Positions 8,497 through 19,866 are shown, counted from the first letter of the stretch. The stretch: 64,000 bases of DNA from an uncultured cyanobacterium (GCA_963803805.1 CAWDOD010000002.1:224001-288000); one strand, 5' to 3'. The notes: generated from the letters alone by a model not told the origin. A program made the numbers and translations.

Positions 8497-9351
8497 TTAA
8501 AACAAACTCAATTGCTGAGGATAACTAACTTGCTTCCAAGGCAAAGGGGGAACAGCGATACCTTCCCTTTCCAGCAGTTTCTGGAATTCCTTGGCTGTAC
8601 GGGGAGAATAATCTTCTATGGGGCAGTGAACAAAAAAATACACTTCGATCCCCCTCTCTAGACAATTTTGTACCAGAGTTACCCACTCCCTTAAAAAAGA
8701 CTGGTTAAACTCAGCTTGAGGATGGCTAATAAAGCGAATGATACTAAAGTTTGCTGTAAATTCAGGTAACAAAGGTAACTTTGGTTTGCGTCGTTGAGAA
8801 TTTAGTTGCGGATCATCGGGGCAATTATAGATGGGGCGACTATCTAAAAGGACACGGCCAATTATTAATTGCGACAGAAGAGTATTTAATTTACTGTGGT
8901 TGGGTTCTTTGAACCAATCTGGGTGGCGTACTTCAACGGCTAAGGGATGTCTATCTTGCGGCCAAGCTTGAAGAAAAAGTTGTAAATCTTCCCAAGAATC
9001 AGGACTATAACTGGGGGGGAGTTGAGCGAAAATAGGCCCTAAGCGATTCCCTAAATTTTCCATAGTGGTAAGAAATTCTCCAGCAGCATCTACTTGCGTT
9101 TGCAAAGAACCACTGTGGGTAATAGTTTTAGGTAACTTAGGGCAAAACTTAAAACCGGGGGGAGTTTGCTGTCCCCAACGACTTACTGTTTTAGCTTCAG
9201 GGACAGCATAAAAAGTGGTATTTCCTTCTACGGCAGTTAGGCGTTGACTATAAAGAGAAAGGAAATCTTGGGTTTTAGTTTTTGGTGGAAAAAAGTCTCC
9301 TACCCAACCTTTATAAGACCAAACTGCACAACCTAAATAGAAATTATTCAT
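8497..9351 (-). CDS. DUF72 domain-containing protein
   Basis: GCAVWSYKGW, AVEGNTTFYAVP, AQLPPSY, AVEVRHPDW; likely start at MNNFYLG (9351). Confidence 0.9.
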   Translation of the reverse strand: MNNFYLGCAVWSYKGWVGDFFPPKTKTQDFLSLYSQRLTAVEGNTTFYAVPEAKTVSRWGQQTPPGFKFCPKLPKTITHSGSLQTQVDAAGEFLTTMENLGNRLGPIFAQLPPSYSPDSWEDLQLFLQAWPQDRHPLAVEVRHPDWFKEPNHSKLNTLLSQLIIGRVLLDSRPIYNCPDDPQLNSQRRKPKLPLLPEFTANFSIIRFISHPQAEFNQSFLREWVTLVQNCLERGIEVYFFVHCPIEDYSPRTAKEFQKLLEREGIAVPPLPWKQVSYPQQLSLF

Positions 9352-9388
9352 CAAGTTATAGAATTTCTTTTTATTCACCCATTGCCTA

Positions 9389-9928
9389 TCAAGCCACAAC
9401 TGTCTCCTCACCAGTCATAGTTGTTGTTTCTGCTTTGTTATTTGCCATATTGCCAATTTCTCGATCAATAAAAAAGATTCCTTGTCCTTCTGTACCAATT
9501 AAATTAATCTTGTCGAGAATGCTTTTAAACAAAAACTCTTCTTGATGTTGTTCTGCCACATACCATTGTAAAAATTGCAGGGTTGCATAATCTGGTTCGG
9601 TATTAGCTAAATGTACCAAATCATTAATCTTACTTGTCACAAGCTGTTCATGTTCGTAAATTTTTTCAAACATTTGGGTTAATGATTCAAACTTAGCTGG
9701 CGGGGCTTGCATTCCACCGATTGTTGCTAAAGCACCTGTTTCTTGGAGATAATTAAATAAACGCCTCATGTGCATCATTTCTTCATCAGCGTGTTGACTA
9801 AGAAAAGCGGCACAACCTTCTAAAGACTGGTACGAACACCAAGAACTCATTTGCAAATAGAGATGGGAAGAATATATCTCTAAGTTGATTTGATGATTGA
9901 GGGACTCAATTGTTTTGGTAGATAGCAT
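9389..9928 (-). CDS. ftnA: Non-heme ferritin
   Basis: QINLEIYSSHLYLQMSSW, EEMMHM, FLQWYVAEQHQEE ferroxidase motifs. Confidence 0.9.
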   Translation of the reverse strand: MLSTKTIESLNHQINLEIYSSHLYLQMSSWCSYQSLEGCAAFLSQHADEEMMHMRRLFNYLQETGALATIGGMQAPPAKFESLTQMFEKIYEHEQLVTSKINDLVHLANTEPDYATLQFLQWYVAEQHQEEFLFKSILDKINLIGTEGQGIFFIDREIGNMANNKAETTTMTGEETVVA

Positions 9929-10017
9929 AATTTATCTTTGTAATAAAATTGGCTGGAGATGGTAGAACGAAGCGGTTACAACTAACTTTTACCCGTTAAT
10001 TGAAAATTAACAATATA

Positions 10018-11493
10018 CTATGGATGACGAATATATTTATAAACATCCAAGTAGTTTTCTCCTGGCTTATTCCAAGAATAATCGTAGCCCATACCTTGCT
10101 TAACCAAGGTTACAAATTCATCAGGAAATTCTGACCATAAATCCATAGCCCTTCCTAATGCTGATTCTAGGGCATTGTCATCACTTTGATAGAATACATA
10201 GCCATTACGTTCTTTGGGGGGTTTAGTTTCGTCATAATCTTGATCAAACACAGTATTAACTAAACCTCCTACCCCCCTAACAACAGGTACAGTACCGTAG
10301 CGTAAAGAAATTACTTGGGTTAGCCCACAAGGTTCATAATTACTAGGTACAACGATCATATCTGCCCCAGCATAAATGAGGTGTGCCAATTCTTCATTAA
10401 AACCTAATTCTAAATGGCAGTCTGGATTATCATTTAAAAATTCTTTTTCGTGCTGGAACCAACCATTAATCTCTTTATCTGTTGCTGAACCTAAAAGAAC
10501 AAATTGTCCGCCCCGATGTAGAGTGTAATAAAGGGCATGATGAACTAAATGTACTCCTTTTTGCTGATCTAAACGACCAATAAAAGCAACTAATGGTTTA
10601 TCTTCTTGGCGTAATAATAACCGTTCTCGCAGGGCTTTTTTATTCCAAACTTTATCTTCCAAACTTTCTTGAGAATAGTGATGGGGTAAATGAGGATCAA
10701 TTTCTGGATTCCACATCTGATTATCAATCCCATTGAGAATGCCGCTAAACTTGTTTTGGTGTATTGCCAAGGTATCCCCTAAACCGCAACCTATATCCGT
10801 AAAACGTGCTTCCCAAGCGTGGTGAGGAGAAACAGTATTAACGTAGTTGGAGTAGACAATACCTCCTTTCATTAAGTTAATCGCAAAGGGATTAGAATTA
10901 TCTTGGAGGCGATCGCGGTTAAAGTAATAAGCTTCGTTATTCAACCCTGTTGCTTTGAGAATTTCCCCTCCAGAAACCCCTTGATGTTTAAAGTTATGAA
11001 TGGTGTAGCAAACCCTTTGCTTTTCCATACCGTGATACTGATAAATTTCATACAACATCACTGGTACTAAGCCCGTTTGCCAGTCGTGGCAATGGATGAT
11101 ATCGGGACGCTTGTTACTTTTCAGTAAGAACTCTAAAGCCGCTTTACTAAAGAAGGCAAAGCGCATCTGATCGTCCCATTCACCGTAATAAACACCCCGG
11201 TTAAAGAAATTATCCTGAGAATGAGGTTCAATGAAAAAGCATAACCTGCCATGCACCCAACCACAGTAAACAGAACAGTGTATTTCCCCATCGTACCAAG
11301 GAACCCAAAGGTCATTATAAGCATCATGCAAGCCCCAGATATGGTCGTAACGCATACAATCGTACTTAGGCAAAATAAGTTCAACGGTATTGCCACGAAT
11401 TTCTAATTCTCTACTAAGTCCGTAAACCACATCACCTAAGCCGCCAGCTTTAATAACGGGCGCACACTCTGAGGCTATTTGCACAATGTACAT
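10018..11493 (-). CDS. glgA: Glycogen synthase
   Basis: KAGGLGDV, HCHDWQTG, PSNYEPCGLTQ. Confidence 0.95.
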   Translation of the reverse strand: MYIVQIASECAPVIKAGGLGDVVYGLSRELEIRGNTVELILPKYDCMRYDHIWGLHDAYNDLWVPWYDGEIHCSVYCGWVHGRLCFFIEPHSQDNFFNRGVYYGEWDDQMRFAFFSKAALEFLLKSNKRPDIIHCHDWQTGLVPVMLYEIYQYHGMEKQRVCYTIHNFKHQGVSGGEILKATGLNNEAYYFNRDRLQDNSNPFAINLMKGGIVYSNYVNTVSPHHAWEARFTDIGCGLGDTLAIHQNKFSGILNGIDNQMWNPEIDPHLPHHYSQESLEDKVWNKKALRERLLLRQEDKPLVAFIGRLDQQKGVHLVHHALYYTLHRGGQFVLLGSATDKEINGWFQHEKEFLNDNPDCHLELGFNEELAHLIYAGADMIVVPSNYEPCGLTQVISLRYGTVPVVRGVGGLVNTVFDQDYDETKPPKERNGYVFYQSDDNALESALGRAMDLWSEFPDEFVTLVKQGMGYDYSWNKPGENYLDVYKYIRHP

Positions 11494-11789
11494 AAAATTG
11501 AATTCCCTGAGCTTAATAAAACTTCATTTTTATCTTTTCATAAGATAGAACGAAGGTTCTTTGTCCTGCAAGTGTAGAGTTCCCCTATTTCTTAAGTATG
11601 AGAACTGACATTAGAGTACTCCAATTAATGAAGTATCTAAGATTCTTTGGTTTTTGGCTATTACCTATTAGCATTGATTTCATTTTTTATGATTGGAGAT
11701 GTTCAATTCTAGATAAAAATTGATAGCTTTTCTCTCTCTGCTGAAATACACCTCAACTAGTCATTAGCCATTAGCAACTAGCAATTATC

Positions 11790-13178
11790 CTATTCATTCA
11801 TATTACGATATGTAGCCACTGAAGAAGGAGAAATACGATTAAGATAGCGAAAAATCCAATACTTTAAAACTGTATCTAAAATAACCGGAAAAGTGGCGAT
11901 GAATAAGAAGTTGAAGTCCCTACTTTCCGGTATACCAAAATGTCGAGCAATACCTTCTAGGATAACCTCCCAACCATGGGGAGAGTGGAAACCTACAAAC
12001 ATATCGGTAAATAAGATAATCAGAAAAGCTTTGGCAGAATCACTTAAACCGTAGATAATTTCATCTAAAAAAGATTTTAAAATAGCAATTTCTCTTTTGC
12101 TAATTAAAATAATCCAAGCAAAAGCAATCAAGGAAAAAATATCACCAAAGACATTACCAACTACATCTGTACCCTGATGGCGATATTCTTCAGCAATCTC
12201 CTGGGCTTTTTCTTTGATTTTTTCTTCTATTTGTTGAGAAGATATCTCTGGGGCTAAGCCAATTAAACTTTTAAAATGTAGTTTTTCTTCATAGCGATGC
12301 AATTCTGTAAAAGCTTCTTCCTCCATATCCTCATTAACAAAAACAACCTCACTATTTTCAGGAAAAAATTTGGTTTTGATCAGAGGACTCAAAATGAAAG
12401 TTTTAGCAACTTGATGAGTTAATAAAGGAACAATAATCAAAAGCAGTAAAAACTTAACAGAAATTGCTGTTTTGTCGCGAGAACGGCGAAACTTCTTAAT
12501 AACTTCCTCTTCTGTCTCCCTCGATTGGGGATTTATTTCTCGCCTAATACGTTTAAGGGTACGCAATATTGATCTCGGTAGTACTCCAGTTTTGTCAGTA
12601 ACAGTTTCTAAATTCGTGTCTTCTTCGTTAACAAATTTTTTAGACTGTTCTGGTAAAGAGAGTTGAGTATTCTGAGGTTTAACTAAACTCTTGTTTTGAG
12701 ATTTACCAGGTATGCTCTCTGTGATTTTAGCATCATTGGTTTGATTCTTAACTTGAACTAAAGAAAGAGACTTTTTCTGAGAAATTCTTTGTTTTTCATA
12801 CTTAGAAATAACCTCATCAATAAACTTAAGTTTATCAATAAAAACGGCTGCTTTTTCGCGAACTTCTTCATCATAATCGTCATGATAGTCAGTCAAATTA
12901 TCGTTGTAAATATCCCCCATATTGATAAATGAGCTACTAGTCTTGAACTCAGCCAACCTAACTTTAGCAAGTTTGAGGTTTTTTCTAACTTCTGCATTAC
13001 AGTAAGAGGTAACTCTGTGGCCATATTGAGAAGAATCAGTCGGTATTCTCTGCCCATCAAAATATTCATCTTCAAGGGCTTTAATAGTCAAAGCAGCACG
13101 ATAAGCCTGCTCTAAAGCCCGGTCGGGAGTACCCGAAAACCAACGTTTGGCTGTACGAAAGATAGCTTTGAGTTCCAT
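11790..13178 (-). CDS. pxcA: Proton extrusion protein PxcA (CemA/CotA family)
   Basis: LSDSAKAFLIILFTDMFVGFHSPHGWE...ATFPVILDTVLKYWIFRYLNRISPS. Confidence 0.95.
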   Translation of the reverse strand: MELKAIFRTAKRWFSGTPDRALEQAYRAALTIKALEDEYFDGQRIPTDSSQYGHRVTSYCNAEVRKNLKLAKVRLAEFKTSSSFINMGDIYNDNLTDYHDDYDEEVREKAAVFIDKLKFIDEVISKYEKQRISQKKSLSLVQVKNQTNDAKITESIPGKSQNKSLVKPQNTQLSLPEQSKKFVNEEDTNLETVTDKTGVLPRSILRTLKRIRREINPQSRETEEEVIKKFRRSRDKTAISVKFLLLLIIVPLLTHQVAKTFILSPLIKTKFFPENSEVVFVNEDMEEEAFTELHRYEEKLHFKSLIGLAPEISSQQIEEKIKEKAQEIAEEYRHQGTDVVGNVFGDIFSLIAFAWIILISKREIAILKSFLDEIIYGLSDSAKAFLIILFTDMFVGFHSPHGWEVILEGIARHFGIPESRDFNFLFIATFPVILDTVLKYWIFRYLNRISPSSVATYRNMNE

Positions 13179-13297
13179 AGAAACGCTATAGAGGGGGATG
13201 AAGAGAAAAGTACAGATTGTATCTAACCTGACAAAATGCCTAGAATTAGATAAGTGAAAGTGTACGGGGTATATTATCAGATTAGCCTATAGTAAAA

Positions 13298-15418
13298 ATG
13301 CCAAGGCAATTGAGAAAATGGATCGTCGGACCAACTCGTAGTGGTAAAACTACCCAGCTAGTTAAAGAATTTAGGCAATGGGTAATAGAAAAACTAAAGA
13401 AAAGACAGTTTCTAGGACAATTGAGTCCGGCTGTCCTGGTTTTCGCTGCTAATGACGATAATCGAAGAGAGTTAGCGGATCAATTAGCGATCGCAATTCA
13501 AGGTAGCTATCCAGTAATTTCTAAAACTCCTTTAGGATTTATTTCTGATGAGGTGATGCTTTTTTGGCCATTGCTTTTTGAGTTGCTTGATCTTAAAGCA
13601 CAATTTCCTCTCCGTTTACGACCAGAAACAGAACAGGAATTAGCAACTCAGTTATGGCGCAAGTCTTGGCAACAGGAGGAGTGGCAACTATCTGGTGTTA
13701 TGGAATCTCGTTTAGTGCGACAAACCTTAGACTTATTGCAATTAGCAGGGGCAAATGGCACAGAAACAGAAGGTATTCCTCATATTCTCGCATTAGGATT
13801 GCCGGAACAAGAGTGGGAAAACTCTATAATTGCCATAGGTAGAAAAGATGTACCCCTGTGGCAACATATGACAACCTTACTCCTAAAGTGGCGACAATGG
13901 TGCTTAAACCGGGGTTTACTCAGCTACGGCATCATTTACGAACTATATTGGCGTTACTTACTACCTAACCCCACCTATCAACAACATTTAACTAGTCGCT
14001 ACCAAGGCATTTTTGCTGATGATGTAGATGATTACCCGGCGATCGCCGGGGATTTATTACAGTTTTTATTAGATCAGGGTGCTACAGGAGTTTTCACCTA
14101 TAACCCCCAAGGAGGAATTAGGTTAGGACTAAATGCTGATCCCCAATATTTGGGTAACTTAGCTACCTATTGCCACATAGAAGATTTAACTACTGCGCCC
14201 TTACAGGGGCTAGGACGAAATTGGCACGAAACCATAGTGCAAATGGTCAAAGGGGAACTTTTCATCCCCCGCTTACCCCCTACAGTACAATCAATTCAGA
14301 CCACATCCCGTGCTGCTTTATTAAGGGAAACAGCTAATCGGATTATCCAAGAAGTACAACAAGGAAAAGTAAAAGCCTCAGAAATTGCTGTGATTGCCCC
14401 TGGTTTAGATGAAATCGCCCGCTATAGCTTAATAGAAATGCTAACCAGTCAAGGTATCGCTGTCGAACCCCTCAACGAACAGCGCCCCTTAATTAGCTTT
14501 CCCCTAATTAGGGCTTTGCTTACCTTATTGACACTCATTTATCCTCATTTAGGACGATTAGTAGACAAAGACGCTATCGGAGAAATGTTGGTGATTTTAA
14601 GTAGGAAACAGCAAGGAGAAGGGCAATTAATTGCAGCCATCGACCCAGTTAGGGCTGGTTTATTAGCAGATCATTGCTATAGTCCTAATCCAGAACAACC
14701 CTGTCTTTTAGGGATAGAATCATTTCCCCGTTGGGATCGTTTAGGGCATCAAGCTAGCCAAGCTTATGAAAATATAGTGCAGTGGCTAGAAGGTAAAAAA
14801 TCATCTCCAGACCAACCCCTACCAAGGGTTGTTGATATCCTTGAGCAAGCCAGCAAACACTTTTTACAAAATGCCCCTAACTTACCCTACAATCAGCTAG
14901 CAGCCTTAAAAGAACTAATGGAGACTGCCCAACATTATTGGCAGGTGGAGGGTCGCTTAAGAGCTAATGAAACTAGGGATAAATCTTATACTGCTGGAAT
15001 CGCCCAATTTATTCAACTACTGAGGCGAGGGACTATTACAGCTAATGCCTATCCCCTAGGACCATTAAAAGCATTGAAGCAAGAAGCCATTACCCTAGCT
15101 ACTATCTTTCAATACCGTTCTAGTCGCCGTTCTCACCGTTGGCACTTTTGGCTAGATGCGAGTTCCAGTCTTTGGTCTAAAGGAGGTGCGGCTAATTTAT
15201 TCGCTTCCCATCTTTTTCTACGCAACTGGGAAAAACGCCCCTTAACACCCCAAGAAAATGCTCAATTGGAGGAGGAACGTCTGATCAACATTTTAAAAGA
15301 TTTATTAGGGAGAGTTGATGAGCGTATTATCCTCTGCCATAGTGATTTAGCCGTTAATGGCAAAGAGCAAAATGGCCCCTTATTAGGATTGGTTCATGCT
15401 TCAGTGACAATTACATAG
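13298..15418 (+). CDS. Conserved cyanobacterial protein with degenerate UvrD/SF1-helicase-like motifs
   Basis: Walker A GPTRSGKT, altered Walker B FADDVDDY, IAVIAP motif. Confidence 0.65.
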   Translation: MPRQLRKWIVGPTRSGKTTQLVKEFRQWVIEKLKKRQFLGQLSPAVLVFAANDDNRRELADQLAIAIQGSYPVISKTPLGFISDEVMLFWPLLFELLDLKAQFPLRLRPETEQELATQLWRKSWQQEEWQLSGVMESRLVRQTLDLLQLAGANGTETEGIPHILALGLPEQEWENSIIAIGRKDVPLWQHMTTLLLKWRQWCLNRGLLSYGIIYELYWRYLLPNPTYQQHLTSRYQGIFADDVDDYPAIAGDLLQFLLDQGATGVFTYNPQGGIRLGLNADPQYLGNLATYCHIEDLTTAPLQGLGRNWHETIVQMVKGELFIPRLPPTVQSIQTTSRAALLRETANRIIQEVQQGKVKASEIAVIAPGLDEIARYSLIEMLTSQGIAVEPLNEQRPLISFPLIRALLTLLTLIYPHLGRLVDKDAIGEMLVILSRKQQGEGQLIAAIDPVRAGLLADHCYSPNPEQPCLLGIESFPRWDRLGHQASQAYENIVQWLEGKKSSPDQPLPRVVDILEQASKHFLQNAPNLPYNQLAALKELMETAQHYWQVEGRLRANETRDKSYTAGIAQFIQLLRRGTITANAYPLGPLKALKQEAITLATIFQYRSSRRSHRWHFWLDASSSLWSKGGAANLFASHLFLRNWEKRPLTPQENAQLEEERLINILKDLLGRVDERIILCHSDLAVNGKEQNGPLLGLVHASVTIT

Positions 15419-15425
15419 AGTAGTC

Positions 15426-15541
15426 ATACCAAATCCTGCCCTTGTTGCATGACTTATCTATTAGGGTGGGGAGCAGGGAGAAGGGTTTGAGAACTTTACT
15501 CCCTGATTTTATAGAGGTACTTTATGAACCGGATTTGGTGT
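15426..15541. mobile_element. MITE-like element (~116 bp)
   Basis: Terminal inverted repeats ATACCAAATCC / GGATTTGGTGT; internal hairpin homologous to the one in 43569-43678. Confidence 0.55.
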
Positions 15542-15700
15542 TATCTGTCAGTCTGTCAATTTAAAATTGACAGGGTTTGGGGCATTAAAACTTTTATTCC
15601 GTTGCTCTTGTTTACAGGCCTCAGTCATTTTATTTGCAACCTACTACACCTTAATTTAGATAAATTTAATTAGTATTCACATATTCTAGGTGCAAACAAC

Positions 15701-18195
15701 TTGAATGTTCTTTATGCTGCTGAATTACTAAGAATAAAAGCAAATTCAAAGCTAAATCCAAAAGTTAAATCCACATTAGGGCAATTCTTCACCCCTCAGC
15801 CCATAAGTTTATATATGGCTTCTCTATTTAATAAAATTGAGGGCCATATCTCGCTGCTAGATCCTGGATGCGGCTCAGGCTCACTAACTGCCGCTTTTAT
15901 CGATGAGTGTTTGAGAAGAAAAAAAGTAAAGTCTATAAATATCGATGCTTTCGATATAGATTCAGTCATTCAACCTTTTATCAATGAAACACTGTTGCTA
16001 TGTGGTGAAAAGTCTGAAAAACAGAGTGTCTCAATTAAAGCAAATTTCATCTTAGATGACTTTATTTTCAATAAGACGAAAAAGAAAAATTTAGGGTTAT
16101 TCACGAGTCAAAGTGGCTATAGTCACATAATAATGAATCCGCCCTACAAAAAAATAGCCACTAAAAGCGCACATAGAAAAGCTTTGAAAAGTGTTGGTAT
16201 AGAAACAGTAAACCTTTATACCGGGTTTGTTGCACTTGCTATACAGCAACTCAATAAGGGGGGGGAATTAGTCGCGATTATCCCTAGATCTTTTTGTAAC
16301 GGTGTTTATTATCAACCATTTCGTGAATTTCTGCTTGGTAAAACAGCCGTTAGACAAATACATATTTTTGATTCGCGTTCTCAAGCTTTTGCTGATAGTG
16401 GTGTACTTCAAGAAAATATCATCATTCATTTAATTAAGGGAGCAAAACAGCAGGAAGTCATAATTACATCCAGCCCTGATGCCGACTTTGAAATTGATGA
16501 ATCAACCCAAAGCATAACAGTAACCGATCAAACAACTCGCACAGTTGCGTTTACAGAAATAGTCAAATCAAATGACAAACGAAAATTTATCCATATCGCA
16601 GCTAACGACATAGATCAGGTAGTAATCGACAGATTATCTTGTTTCAGTTCAACATTGAATGATATCAACCTTCAAGTCAGTACAGGTTCAGTAGTAGACT
16701 TCAGACTTAAAGAAGATTTACGACCGAAGATTGAAAGTGGTGCTGTCCCCTTAATATATTCATCTCATTTGAATGGAGGGGTAAATTGCCCAAAGATTTC
16801 AAAAAGCCCAATGCGATCTCAGTGTCTAGTAAATCGAGAAGTTGGCTTTGGAAAAATTCAGGCAATTTTGTGATTGTTAAACGGTTTAGTAGTAAGGAAG
16901 AGAAACGTAGAATTGTTGCTGCATATTATGATGGCTCTTTACCTAGTGAATTAATTGGTTTTGATAATAAGCTAAATGTTTTTCATAATTCTAAACAAGG
17001 TTTTGGTAAAGATGTTGCTCTTGGTCTTTATGTTTATTTAAACAGTACCTTACTAGATAAATATTATCGATTGTTTGGTGGACATACCCAGGTAAATGCT
17101 ACTGACTTGAAAGCTATTTGTTACCCTGATCTTGAATTATTAAGGTTGATGGGAAAGTTAGCCCACAGTGCAGAGTTATCACAAAAACAAATTGACGAAA
17201 TATTAGAAGAGCAACTGGCAAAAATGGTAGGCAATAACGATAACCCTCTGGCTGTTCAGGAAAAGATTGACCAAGCATTAGAGATATTAGCTTTATTGGG
17301 AATGCCCAAAGCGCAACAGAATGAGCGATCGGCACTTACATTGTTGTCTTTAATCGATTTAAAACCAGATGGTTCATGGACTGATCTAAAAAGACCAATG
17401 ATTGGTGTAACTCCGATCATGAATTGGTGTGAAGAATTTTATGGCAAAAAATATGCGCCAAATACCCGTGAAACCTTCAGACGACAAACACTTCATCAGT
17501 TTATTGATGGTGGGCTTTGTCTTTATAACCCAGATCGACCAGACCGCCCTGTGAACAGCCCCAAAGCTTGTTATCAAATTACTACTGAACTTTTTGATGT
17601 TTTGGTTAAATACGGTACTGATGAATGGAAAACAGCTTCTTCAGATTGGTTAGAACATAGAGAAACTTTGATAACTCTATACGCCAAAGAACGAGAAATG
17701 GAGATGATTCCTTTGACTTTGGATGATGGTACGGAGATTAAACTCAGTCCAGGGAATCATAGTCAGTTAATACGAGATATTGTGATGGAATTTGGCCCTC
17801 GTTTTGCCCCTGGTTCGGAAGTAATTTATCTGGGTGATACGGGAGCTAAGGAAGATTTTTTCAGAAAAGAAAGGTTGGCTGAATTAGGCGTTACAGTAAA
17901 TCGCAAAGGGAAGTTGCCAGATGTGATTCTTTACTGGTTAAAGAGAGATTGGTTGTTGTTGATTGAATCTGTTACCAGTCACGGTGCGGTAGATAGTAAA
18001 CGTCATAGTGAACTAGCTACACTTTTTGCTAAAGCAACCCCTGGTTTAATCTATGTGACGGCTTTTCCAGATCGCAAAACTATGGCTAAATATTTAGCAG
18101 ATATTTCTTGGGAAACGGAAGTTTGGACTGCCGATGCTCCAACACATATGATTCATTTTAACGGCGATCGTTTCCTCAATCCTCATGAAAAATAG
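15701..18195 (+). pseudogene. Fused type II R-M gene: N6-adenine MTase (BsuBI/PstI-like) plus BsuBI/PstI-family endonuclease, frameshifted at ~16787-16794
   Basis: ORF1 has GQFFTP, LLDPGCGSG and MNPPY. ORF2 begins with the MTase C-terminus (KRFSSKEEKRRI, GHTQVNATDL) and runs without a stop into the REase (YAPNTRETFRRQTLHQF, GKLPDV..LIESVTSHG). Confidence 0.8.
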
Positions 18196-18253
18196 CGCAA
18201 AATTAATCATCAAAACTGAATATATTTTGTTTCTCCATACCGAATCTACTCAA

Positions 18254-19702
18254 CTAAAACTCTTCTGACTCTTGCATATTATTCAGTTCGACTTTCTTGG
18301 GTATGCGAATACCAATAGTTTTTTTGATTGTGTACCATACTAGCCAACTAAAACAAACTGTAAACATACCAACTGAACCGATACCAATCAACTGTACTAA
18401 TAACTGCTTCACTCCATCAAGATTACCACCCATCAACAATCCTGCCATAGGCCCTTCACCTTGGGCATAGAGATTACCAGAACCCTGACTAAAAAGACCA
18501 ACAGCTATAGTTCCCCAAATACCACAAACTAAGTGTACAGGTACAGCCCCTACCGGATCATCAATTTTGATTCTGTCTAAAAATTCTGTAGCAAAAACAA
18601 TTAAAGTTCCTGCCACTAAACCAATTACTGCTGCTGAGCCAGTACTGACAAAAGCACAGGAGGCTGTAATACCAACCAATCCTCCCAAAATACCATTGGT
18701 AATCATAGATAGATCCGGTTGGGAAAAATACCACCAAGAAGCGATCGCAGCAGCAATTCCCCCTGCGGCGGCAGACATATTTGTGACAACAATAATATGA
18801 ACGATTACTTCAGGGTTAGCAGCCATAGTTGAACCAGGATTGAAGCCAAACCAACCTAACCACAGAATCAAACAACCCAAGGTAGATATACTCACATCAG
18901 TCCCTAGTAGAGGTTCTGTAGTGCCATCAGGATGATACTTACCTAAGCGAGGCCCTAGTAAAATTGCCCCGACGAGGGCGGCCCAACCACCTACGGAATG
19001 AACAATTGTAGAACCAGCAAAATCCCAAAAAGCCAAAATTGTCTCTCCAGTTTGCTGATCTTCAAATAAATGAGACAGCCAGCCATCTCCCCAAACCCAA
19101 TGACCGGTGATGGGATAAGCAAGGGCCACCAGTAATAAGCTAAATAACACAAAAGCAAAAAATTTTATCCGTTCAGCAACAGCCCCAGAAACGATAGTGG
19201 CAGCAGTTCCAGCAAATACTAACTGGAAAAAGAATTTCGCCTTAAGAGGGACTCCTGTCCAACTCAAAGAGGTAAAAACCCCTTGGTAGTTATCTCCCAT
19301 AGCGGGACTATTATCTACGCCAGTAAGGAAAAATCCTTGGGTTCCTAAAAAGAAATTGCCATCACTGAACATTAAGCCAAAACCAAAAGCCCAAAACGAA
19401 GCTGTTGCCAAACAGAAAACAATCAGGTTTTTTCCTAAGATATTTACCGCACTTCTTTTACGGCAAAGTCCTGTTTCTAGCATGGCAAAGCCTGCATTCA
19501 TAAAGAATACTAAGCAGGCAGTAAAAATGACCCAGACTGTATCTAAGGCAACTTTTAAAGACTCCAAGCTTAAGGTATCTAAATCTTGTTGAGCTAACCC
19601 TACAGAAGTCCACGTTAGCAGAATCACTATAGTTAGAGGTAAGCAAGCTGACCATTTTAGTCGCCAGCTTTTTTTCCGCTTGAACCTTCTTAGCTTCGTC
19701 AT
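18254..19702 (-). CDS. amt: Ammonium transporter
   Basis: FFMNAGFAMLETG, DFAGSTIVHSVGGW, LWLGWFGFNPGS, IDDPVGAVPVH. Confidence 0.95.
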   Translation of the reverse strand: MTKLRRFKRKKSWRLKWSACLPLTIVILLTWTSVGLAQQDLDTLSLESLKVALDTVWVIFTACLVFFMNAGFAMLETGLCRKRSAVNILGKNLIVFCLATASFWAFGFGLMFSDGNFFLGTQGFFLTGVDNSPAMGDNYQGVFTSLSWTGVPLKAKFFFQLVFAGTAATIVSGAVAERIKFFAFVLFSLLLVALAYPITGHWVWGDGWLSHLFEDQQTGETILAFWDFAGSTIVHSVGGWAALVGAILLGPRLGKYHPDGTTEPLLGTDVSISTLGCLILWLGWFGFNPGSTMAANPEVIVHIIVVTNMSAAAGGIAAAIASWWYFSQPDLSMITNGILGGLVGITASCAFVSTGSAAVIGLVAGTLIVFATEFLDRIKIDDPVGAVPVHLVCGIWGTIAVGLFSQGSGNLYAQGEGPMAGLLMGGNLDGVKQLLVQLIGIGSVGMFTVCFSWLVWYTIKKTIGIRIPKKVELNNMQESEEF

Positions 19703-19866
19703 AGATATTGAGTTGAGCTTAAGTAAAAACCATACTAAGAATAGTTCAACAAAGTTGATTCAACAATAGCTATGGGAAATTGGCTATTATTTGTTATTTG
19801 CTAAATAATTAGGCCATCACCCAATCTTCTTTTGCTGATTAGTGTCCTTAACGAATCCTAAATTTC

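Noticed and set aside
19723-19735. NtcA box upstream of amt
   Set aside because: Spacing is GTA-N7-TAC, not the canonical N8; the same applies to the site at ~39726
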